Below, one piece after another: positions 24,578 through 34,835 of a stretch of DNA of 64,000 nucleotides; position 1 is the stretch's first letter, and each line of letters begins with the position of its first letter. Below the pieces are notes generated by a model that had not been told where the DNA came from, searched no databases, and saw nothing but the letters and a program-made list of their open reading frames with translations. The stretch comes from Octopus bimaculoides. Lineage: Eukaryota. The position numbers and the translations under genes are program-made. The stretch is from positions 1,278,224 through 1,342,223 of the forward strand of contig NC_069005.1 of NCBI RefSeq assembly GCF_001194135.2. Reading direction: 5' to 3'.

Positions 24578-26329
24578 ATATANNNNNNNNNNTATAAAAA
24601 GAGTGCGCATAAAATATAAATTATGCAACGACATGAAACTACATTAAAATTTAAATTAATTCAAATTAATTAGTGTAAAATGATGACGTAATCTCACATT
24701 GAAAAAACATGATTTATTTCCAAACTTTGAAAAAAAAAAAACATTTGTAAGACATACATATTTGGATGCAGTTGCTTACATAGGTGCAGGTGTGGCTGTG
24801 TGGTAAGAAGTTTGCTTCCCAACCACACGGTTCTGGGTTCAGTCCCACTGTATGGTACCTTCAGTGAGTGTCTTCTACAATAGCTCAGGGCCAAGCAAAG
24901 TCTTGTGAGTGGATTTGGTTGATGGAAACTGAAAGAAGCCTGTCATATGTATGTCTCTGTGTTTGTTTCTCACCACTGCGTGACAATCGGTGTTGGTTTA
25001 TGTCCCTGTAACTTAGCAGTTTAACAAAAGAGACCGACAGAATAAATACCAGGCTTGAAAAATAAAGTAAATACTGGGGGTTGATATTTTACTCTCTTTG
25101 TATCTCTTTTTGTGCTCCTCACTCAACCAAAACTCATAACCCCTAAATAGGCCCCTTCCCATGCCACCATAACAGTCAGGATAGAGAATTCTGTGTACAA
25201 TACCAAAAGGGAACTTTCTACCATTTTTTATTTCTTTACTGCCCACAAGGGGTTACACACAGAGGGGACAAACAAGGACAGACAAACGGATTAAGTTGAT
25301 TATATCGACCCCAGTGCGTAACTGGTACTTATTTAATCGACCCCGAAAGAATGAAAGGCAAAGTTGACCTCGGCGGAATTTGAACTCAGAATGTAGTGGC
25401 AGACGAAATATCGCTAAGCATTTTGCCCGGTGTGCTAACCACTCTGCCAGCTCGCCACCATTTCTACAATGCAGTACCTCTCAGAGGGTCAGAACCTGAA
25501 GCCACGTGGTTGCAATGTGAACCTGTTAACCACACAGCTAAACCTGTACTCGGCTGTGACATTAAGTGGATGAGAGATAAATGCTTTCCTTTGATAGGAT
25601 GGCAATCAATCTCTGATAACCTTTCTGTTGAACTTGTCATGTACAGAGTGCAACTGCAGTTTATAGAAATGAATTGTTAACAGTACCGTGCTGTATCTAT
25701 TTACAGCTAGACATTGAGTCATTCTCCACAAACCCAATACTTTGATACTAACAAGATACAAATAACTGATCTGTCAGAATGCAAAAATGGTCTTCTGCAC
25801 TTTATTTTCTTGCTCAGCAGCATTCAGTTGTCAGACTAAATGACATGTGAGGCTTGAAGAAAGGAGAGTTTTGAGTTGGAAATCGTACTGAAGCTGGCTG
25901 TCATCACCTCCTCAACCATTAAGTCATGAAGAAATGTGTTATTAAACTTTTGATATCAACCTGTCTGTGAGAACCTCTGCTTCTCTATGATGCAGATTCC
26001 TTCTTTTAAAGTGACTGAAATCAAAGTCTTCCATCAGAATTTCGTGTTAATTTATGTTCCAAACATCAATTTAAGAACAACAATGCTATTCTATTTATTT
26101 CTTTATTATTTTCAAACTTAATAGAAACAAAGCTAATGTGTTTCAACAGAAATATGGTAACAAAAGGGTTAAAGTGATCTTGGACATGGTAGCTGTTTAA
26201 AGAATGTGTTATTCAAATTTTGAACATTGTTATGAACTCCTATTCCAGTGGGGAAATACCCCCAGCTGAAAGTATGACTTGTACTAGGGTGGGGAAACTA
26301 AATATGAAATCCTGATTGTGATGCTGCTG

Positions 26330-26363
<34 letters not shown>

Positions 26364-26545
26364 CAATGATAATGATGAATGATGATGATGATGAAGCTGA
26401 TGGTAATGACAATGATGATGATGATGACAACGATGACGATGACAACGATGACGATGATGGCAATAATGATGATGATGTTGATGACGATGATGATGATGAT
26501 GATGACGATGATGACAATGGTAACGATGATAATGGTAATTGTGAC
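26330..26545. repeat. Compound (GAT/GAC/AAT)n trinucleotide microsatellite
   Basis: Seen directly; produces spurious poly-M, poly-D and poly-S ORFs. Confidence 0.95.
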
Positions 26546-27068
26546 ATAAGTTCCAAAGAAAGTGTCTCGTCTTCTAAGTAACTTTACTTTGTATTGTTTG
26601 ACCTTTTACACAATTTCACAATCTCACTCACACACACACACAGAAAAGAGAAAATTCTAAAAAAACAGCCAGTTTTTTTTTTTTTTTTTAGTTTTTCACT
26701 TTTCTCTCTGACGTGTGTGTGTGTGTGTGTGACCCATCTGTTTTTGACCTTTTATAGCTGAGAGACATGAAATTAATACAATTTTTGTGTTTGTTTTTAA
26801 AATTCTGGGAATCCAAGATTTAACTGGCAGCAACTGTCTCCTGCGGCACATCAATCCTGTATTGCTGGGCACAGGACAAAAGAAGAGGGCAGCCAGGAAG
26901 AGAGAAAGTCAGGAAAGAAAGATTGAAGTTTCCTTGGTGGGAATAACAGCCCTGAGCTTAAAAATTTGCTTTACCCTTACCACACATAGCACAATGAATT
27001 GGGGTAGTTCGCCTTTAGAGCCTAGCCTTTCTACGTTTGTCTTGGACAGTTTATAAACTTCAGTACTG

Positions 27069-27370
27069 TATGAGGTGGTATCAAAAAAGTTCCCGGACTA
27101 ATTATGCTTAATAAAAAATAACTTATTTACCTAAGTTTTAATATCGTCTTCTTTGAAATAGCCATCCTGCTCAGCAATACACCGGTCCCAGTGTTCCTGC
27201 TACTTTTGGAATCTGGTATGAAAGTTGTTTCTTGTCAGTGACTCAAGGGCCTTCCGTGATTCACTCCTGATCTCAACAACGGTGCTAAAACCTGACCACT
27301 GAGCTGCATTTTCATCTTGGGGAAGAGACGGAAGTCTACAGGTGCTAAGTCTGGCAAATAAGGGCTAGGG
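27069..27370 (-). mobile_element. mariner transposon 3' end with TIR and flanking TA
   Basis: Minus strand reads YLPDLAPVDFRLFPKMK…HWDRCIAEQDGYFKED (YSPDLAP motif). TA+TGAGG…TCAAAAAGTTCCCGGAC is a mariner-type TIR. Confidence 0.85.
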
Positions 27371-27484
27371 TTAAGAAGCAATACCATATTGGTTTTGGTG
27401 AGAAACTCATGAGTGAAGAGAGCTCCGTGAGGTATATATATTATATATATATATATATATATACATATATATAATATAGAATAA

Positions 27485-27819
27485 TATAGATAAGGAAATA
27501 ATTTTATTTTTTTTCAAACGCAGGATAATGCTAATAATATAGCATGAACAGGATAAACTATCCATATTTTGCAAAAAAATCTGGGGGTGGTCAGCCATGA
27601 GACACGAACTCACATCCCTCTGATTACACATCAAGTGCTCTACCATTAAGCTAAACTGCACAAAGTCAAATACTTCTGCAATTTTAGGATATATAAATCT
27701 AGCTTTAGAAGATGCTGGCTGCCAACAGATTTTTCTGCAAAATATGGATAGTTTATCTGTTCCTGCTATATTATTAGCATTATCCTGTGTTTGAGAATAA
27801 AATTATTTCCTTATCTATA
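27485..27819. repeat. Inverted repeat (~97-bp arms) enclosing a tRNA-like sequence
   Basis: 27485-27583 matches the reverse complement of 27726-27819. Confidence 0.92.
27588..27661 (-). pseudogene. tRNA-Thr(UGU)-like pseudogene / tRNA-derived sequence
   Basis: A box TAGCTTAATGGTAGAGC, anticodon loop TG-TGT-AA, T arm GTGAG-TTCGTGT-CTCAT. The acceptor GT(G)CAGTT/GGCTGAC has a 1-nt insertion and the B box is imperfect. Confidence 0.7.
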
Positions 27820-27878
27820 CCTTTCAATACATCTCAACACTTCTAAAGCAAACTTTGTTTGTTGAATTTACTGTATGC

Positions 27879-27909
<31 letters not shown>

Positions 27910-28093
27910 TGTATGTATGTATGTATGTATGTATACCATGATTGTGTGGTTGAGAAGCTGGCTTTGAAACTTGTGGTTTTGGATTCAGTTCCACTGCACA
28001 ACACCTTGGGTAAGTCTCCGAGTATACCCCTGACTGACTGCTGAATTGTGAATAAATTTGGTAGACAGATAGCCGGAAACTGTGTGGTAGCTC

Positions 28094-28126
<33 letters not shown>

Positions 28127-28712
28127 ATGTGTTTGTTCGCCCACTACTCCTTGACAACCTTTGTTGGTTTGTTTATGTCTATGTAACTTAGGAGTTCAGC
28201 AAAATATACCAATAGAATGAGTTCAATTTCCACCGAGGTCGACTTTGCCTTTCATCCTTTCGGGTCGATAAATTAAGTACCAGTTGCATACTAGGGTCCA
28301 TCTGATTGACTGGCCCCCTCCACCAAAATTTCGGGCCTTGTGCCTCGAGTAGAAAAGAATATTGTTTAGTNNNNNNNNNNNNNNNNNNNNNNNNNNNNNN
28401 NNNNNNNNNNNNNNNNNNNNNNNNNNNNNNNNNNNNNNNNNNNNNNNNNNNNNNNNNNNNNNNNNNNNNNNNNNNNNNNNNNNNNNNNNNNNNNNNNNNN
28501 NNNNNNNNNNNNNNNNNNNNNNNNNNNNNNNNNNNNNNNNNNNNNNNNNNNNNNNNNNNNNNNNNNNNNNNNNNNNNNNNNNNNNNNNNNNNNNNNNNNN
28601 NNNNNNNNNNNNNNNNNNNNNNNNNNNNNNNNNNNNNNNNNNNNNNNNNNNNNNNNNNNNNNNNNNNNNNNNNATATATACATATATATATATATATATA
28701 TGTCTGTGTGAG

Positions 28713-29050
28713 TGGAGGCGCGTGGCTGAGTGGTTAGGGCATTCGGCTCATGATCGTAAGGTCCTGAGTTCAATTCTCGGCGACGCGTTGTGTCCTTGAG
28801 CAAGACACTTTATTTCACGTTGCTCCAGTTCACTCAGCTAGTAAAAATGAGTAGTACCTGTATTTCAAAGGGTCAGCCTTGTCACACTCTGTGTCACGCT
28901 GAACCTCCCTGAGAACCAGGTTAAGGGTACATGTATCTGTGGAGTGCTCAGCCACTTGCACGTTAATTTCACGAGCAAGCTGTTCCGTCGATCGTATCGG
29001 GTCCCTCGTCGTTGTAACCGACGGAGTGCTCCTATATCTATGTGTGAATG
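28713..29050 (+). mobile_element. Near full-length tRNA-derived SINE
   Basis: A box GTGGCTGAGTGG, B box GAGTTCAATTC, followed by GTGTCCTTGAGCAAGACACTT core and a unique tail. CpGs are retained. Confidence 0.85.
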
Positions 29051-29693
29051 CGCCTGTGTTTGTCCCCTCCTACCACTTGACTACCGGTGCTGGTTTGTTT
29101 ATGTCTCCGTAACTTAATGGTTTGGCATTAGAGACCGGTAGAATAAATACCAGACTTATTTTTTTAAGTGCTGGGGTCGATTCGCTTAACTAAACCTTGC
29201 AGTGTGGTTACAGTTCAATGATTAGAATATGTAAAATGTAAATAACTGTAGTTTAGCCTCAGGTGAACTATTTTGAGCAGACTTAAGAAAGCCTTCCAGC
29301 CACGAACATTCCATCTTATTTTTAGACAGTTATCCAAGCTTATTATGAAAATTGTGTCCTTCCTTTTTTGAAAGATAGGTGTAATTTCATGGTAATTTGG
29401 CTGCTCTTTCTAGCAGGTCGCACAACTACGTAGTGAGGCACCAGTCAGTAAAAGTTTGTTTTGACTGAGTGTTGGGCGAGAGAATAAAAGTAGAAAGGTT
29501 TTCAATATTCCCCTAAAACTATTAATCTGGGAATAGGAGTCTCTTTTAATCAACTATTCGGTGGCCGCTAAAAATGAATAAAAATGTAATAAAAAACTCA
29601 TTAAAAGGGGGAAAAAGAAAAAATTTAATTAAAATATCGTTGAATTTTGTATCAGTATGTGAGAAGGAAAACGAAAAATACAATATAGAATAC

Positions 29694-29973
29694 CTGAAAA
29701 CGTGTGCATTTCGTTATTCTGGGTGTTCAGTTTAATATAGAGAATAAACGAATATCTGAACAATAAACGACCACTATTCATAAATTCTTTCTGAGTTATT
29801 TTTCTATTTTGCTTTTTTCTGTCTTGTCTCTTCCGAAAGAAAACTTTATAAAGAGAAGTTCTGGCACAACAAGCATCACCAAAAACAAGCAATCTAGCGG
29901 CAACAAGCTTCTGGAAAATACCAAAAACAACGATCGGAATTAAGCAACAGGACAAGGACAATAATAGAGACAT
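29694..29973 (-). CDS. Possible first coding exon (93 codons + 1 nt; hydrophobic N-terminus then basic cluster), phase 1
   Basis: Part of the 114-aa ORF 29629-29973, donor TCAG|gtattc, in a CpG-retaining region. A competing plus-strand non-coding exon reading exists (29840-30036). Confidence 0.22.
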
Positions 29974-31654
29974 CGACTTGGGTGGGACGAGAGATCTAAT
30001 TCCGCCTTAGGCCTCCCACACACGGGTACCTCAAAGGTAAGACCTTCAATAATATTACTTATTATATCATCAATGGTATTATTATTATTATTATCACTGA
30101 GGCGGCGAGCTGTCAGAATCTTTAACACGCCGGACAAAATGCTTAGCGGCATTTCATCCGCCTTTTATGTTCTGAGTTCAAATTCCGTCGAGGTCGACTT
30201 TGTCTTTCATCGTTTCAGGGGTCGATAAAAATAAGTACCAGTTACATACTGAGGGATCGATGTAATCGACTTACCCCCCTCGCGATCGCCAGAGAAATAT
30301 TTGTGATTGTAATTAGAGACATCAAAGGAATCGGACGAATATTCTGGAATTTTCAAGCAAAGGATTTAAAATCAAAGTTAAAAGCATTATTAATTTGTTT
30401 TAAATAAAAGGTACAAAATAGTTTTGATTAGAGTTTGGTACTTGACTAAATACTTTTTGTTTTATTGACCCAGTAATAATGGAAAGGCACAATTGACCTC
30501 GGCAGGATTTGAACTTTGAACGTAAAAACTTAAATAACATTTTCGATTGCATGTTTATTTTTGTATGTGATTGATAATCCAGTTCGCTTCTGGAACCTCA
30601 AAATATATCAATGATCTTAATTTGGCATACTTATACAAGTGTGTCCTCTTCGATTTTGTTTCCTCATAACTTTCAGAAATTCTCATGAGAAAACAAGGTT
30701 CCGTTTGGGGTCACAATTGTGTAGGGATGTCCTAATTTTTTTTCTCATGTCTGTCTCAAAATAAGAGTAACAAACTAAAGCGAGCCCCGTCCACTTCCTA
30801 ACACTTACGGGTACCTTCCTAACGCTCTCTCGGGGTACCTTTTGCTGTTATGGTCCTAATTTCCAATTGGCCTTTTAATATATATTATGTTGTCGGTTAA
30901 TTCCCTAAGGGTTGGGGGTTTCACTAATTTGAACATAAAAAAAATTGACTGATTGTTTTGGATTTATATTTATACATTTATTTAATTGAGAATTTTAAAA
31001 TTGTTTGTTGAATTTTAAAGTGAACACAGAAAGTAATTTGTTGTAAAGAAGTTGAGTCGAGCCACAGCAAAATGGTAAAGAAGTATTGAATTAATTGGTG
31101 TTATGTTAAGATTTTTCCTCTTAAATATCAAATAATGAAGCTAAAATAATCAAATGATAAAAAAAAAAAAAATTCTGATCACCCAAATTAATAAATAAAT
31201 AGATAAAATAACGAAATTCCAGCCCCTTGGTAACTGAATAATAACGAATTGAGGACAGTAAATGCGACGATAAATGCTGTCCATATTGTCTTTGATTTGG
31301 AAATCATTCATTAGCAAGAATTATAATAATAATTTATGAGATAAACCCATGGTCAAATGATTTTAAGAAGATTGAACTAATTTATATTGAACACTCCCTG
31401 GCCGACTTTCAGAATATCTCATGTCCCACATAAGTTTGGATTTCCCCGCCCTGGCTGGCATTTTTCAAATTTCTTTTTTTGCATTTCAAATCAATGGGGT
31501 TAAGTTTTTTTTTCATAAAAACAAAATTTAATTCCATAATTTTTCAATGTCTGGAACCTAACTAATTAACACAATGTAATTAAGGTGTTTAACGAGAATA
31601 ATGTCAGAGATTGGCTGAAGGACACACATTTGGTCCCCTCCCCTCAAATAAAGT

Positions 31655-32035
31655 GTTACCTACACAAGTCCCCGATTTTGTTTCTTTCATAACTTTCAGA
31701 AAAATGGGTATTTTTAAAAGAAATTTCCCACAAATACCTTTCAGATATAACGACTCTGGCGGAATTAAAGATAAAAGGGAAATAAAATTAAAAGCTGGTC
31801 GCATACACATCACATATATCTACAAATTAAATTTTGAAAAAAAATTGTGATGTGTTTAATATGTATGTGTGTGCAATCACCAATATTTTATTATTATCAT
31901 TTTCATATTAAATTCCGATATAATTCGAATCTATACCGTCTGAAAGGTATTTGTAGAAAATTTCATTTAAAAATGATTCATTTTTCTAAAAGTTATGAGG
32001 AAACAAAATCGGGCGTGGGACACACTTGTGTTGGT
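31655..32035. repeat. Imperfect inverted pair of CATAACTTTCAGAAA-family units; further pieces at ~30650, ~32130 and ~32540
   Basis: 31660-31780 is approximately the reverse complement of 31890-32030 and is related to the 158-bp unit core. Confidence 0.7.
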
Positions 32036-32737
32036 TGGTAATGTATGCCCTACTTCACTTTAATTGATTCCGGAAGGACGAAAGACACAAGTTGACCTCG
32101 CAAAGAATGCATAACTACAGTTTGATGCCCCAATTTCAAATTTTGTTTCTTCATAACTTTCTGAAAAAGTATATTTTTTAATGAAATTTTGATGCGATAA
32201 ATTTTCAAGGGTGTAGATTAAATATTATGTTGATAATATTTAACATTTTTTAAAAGGGTTTTGGATCCTTTTCACTCATAACTCTCTTTAAAATGCATTT
32301 TCTTTTTGTAAAAATACATTTTCGTGAGTGTAATGTTGATGTTTTATACATATCAATCTGGAAAAATAGTGGAAATTATTGAAGCTACAAAAGTTGAATG
32401 GCAGGCGGGACAAATGAGGCGGCGAGAACGATGCGAAACTCGTTAAAAAAAAATCCTTTTCTTCTTAGTTTTTCTAAATTTTATCAACATAAATGTAAGG
32501 TACACTGTCGAAAAGTTATCTCTGCAAAGTTTCATTGAAAAATTACAAAATTTTTCAGAAAATTACGAGGAAACGTAGTCGTTGAACACCCGTCTGCAAG
32601 ATTAACCAACAACAATGTCTAAGTTTGGCAGACGACCACAGATTTGGTTCGACCCCAATCCGACTTTGTTTTATCGATTCTAAAAGGAAATTAAGTTGAC
32701 CTTGCAAGGGATAGTCCAACGTTTTGCTACTTCCGCC

Positions 32738-32786
<49 letters not shown>

Positions 32787-34149
32787 TTGGTTTCAAATTC
32801 TGGCACAAGGCCAGCAATTTCGGGGTGAAGGTGGTGGTGGGGTTGAGGTCGATTTACATCGATCCGAGTGTTCAATTGGTATTTATTTTATCGACTCTGA
32901 AAGGACGAAAGGCAAAGTCAACCTCGGCAGAATTCGAACTGTGGTTTCTTTTATTTGCCTCGGGCATAGATGAGGGGACATCACAAGGATAGTCTACAAT
33001 TTATGGGGGGGGGGGGGGTACATTAAAAATGAAGGGAAGAAAGGGGGGAAAGCGGTGAAATGAGATGGAATTATATGTTGTATATACAAAGTTTGTGAAC
33101 AGATGAATGATTTTGGGAATAACTCCAATTAGGACCAACGAGGGAATCCCAATAATAAAGGTTTCTAATTTAGACAGAAGGCTAACAATTTTGAAGAGGG
33201 CGGGACTAGCTGGTACCATCGACCTAGCACTAGATTGGTACTTTATTTTATCGATCGCAGAGGAGTAAAAGGCAAAGTTGACCTCGGTGAGGTTTGAACT
33301 CAGAACGTAAAAAATCGGAAGAAATACTGTGAAGTATTTTCCTGACGCTCGGTATTTCCGCCAATAGTAAATAAAAACGAATAAAGTTGTCGAATGTGTT
33401 CGTCAACAATGACCCCTCCCTTGGTACAAAACGGAAGGGACCACATTGAAACGTTCATTTAATTGCCAAAAATAAATCATTTTACAGAAGTGACATATAA
33501 TTAATTAAACCGAGTTAATTAGCGTTTTATTGTATATTTTATAGACATAAAAACAGCTCGCTTGAAAGTTTTAGTAAAAACATTCGGGGATTCCAGTCAT
33601 ATAGAAAAAAATAATAATTTGTGACTGAACGAGGGAGCCTGTTATTAATAACACTAATTAAATAGACTTAATTACCGTTTTATTGTATATTTTATAAATA
33701 ATAAACACCGTACTTTAGATGTTTTGTAGACATTTAGGGAATACAGTAGGTCGTTTCTACGTCATTCCTTGTTTTGCAAAGAAGGTCGTTAATGTAGAGA
33801 CTGGACAAGTTTACCAAAAAAAGATGTTTTGGTTTGAATGTCTAAAAACTATCTTTCACATTTATATAAACAACATAGAGTTGTGAATTGTATGGTGCAG
33901 AGGAAACTTTGCAAGATTATAGTTATTTTCTTTCCTCTTATTAAACGAAAATAGGTGAATGATGACTAAAGACTTATTGTCAGTCACGATTAAAGAATAT
34001 AAAGAAATAAGAATAATAAATGAAGGATGACAACTTCTCATCCCTCACATCACGTCTCCTGTCCTCCATAAAGCTATCTTTAACAGCAGATCAGTTGTGT
34101 CAGAGACGTTCCAACTGTGACCATTCCGTGTTTTTTTCAGACATAGTAT

Positions 34150-34835
34150 AAAAATTTTTTTAAATGGGTAGAAAACGAATATGAAAACCAAAATTTGAGA
34201 GAACTTCCGGAAAATTCACACGATTGAGGGAAAAAAATCGGATCTTGTGAATTTTCCGAAAGTCCTCTCCCCACCCCGTTCCCCGTTCATTTGCACAAAT
34301 TTTTGTTTTCATTCGTTTTCTGCACGTTTTTTTACACCTAATAGACAATTTCTTTTTTCGTTTTGGTGACCTGGTGCTAAACGGATCGTGTGAATTTTCC
34401 GATAGTCCTCTCCCCACCCCTTCGGAAAACATTTTCCTGCAAATATCTTTATAATCGTAATCTATGCTGCTTGAAAGGTGTTTCTGTAAAATTTCATTGA
34501 AAGATTTCCATTTTCCTGAAAGTTATGAGGGGGAAAATCGGATCGCGTAAATTTTCCAAAATCCTCTCCCCACCGCTTCAGAAAACATTTTCCCCCAGAA
34601 ATTTCTTTATAATCGTTATCTGTGCCATTTGAACGGTATTTCCATAAGATTTTATCGACATAGATACGTTTTCCTGAAAGTTATGAGGGAAAAAATCGGA
34701 TTTTGTGAATTTTCCGAAAGTCGTCTCTTCCCACCATTCGTTTGCACAAATATTTATTTTCATATTCGTTTTCTACACATTTTTTACACCTATTACACTT
34801 CTTTTTTGTTTTCGTGACCAGGACTTTTATTAAAC
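34150..34835 (-). repeat. Same ~158-bp-unit element family, reverse orientation, with a duplicated terminus
   Basis: Repeated GTGAATTTTCCGAAAGTCCTCTCCCCACC and CCTGAAAGTTATGAG, plus a shared terminal block (TTTTTACACCTATTACACTT) with 61230-61260. Confidence 0.9.

Noticed and set aside
26318-26581. Asp-rich ORF resembling mollusc acidic shell proteins
   Set aside because: It is a compound GAT/GAC microsatellite with no signal peptide or splice support, and the poly-Met start comes from the same repeat.
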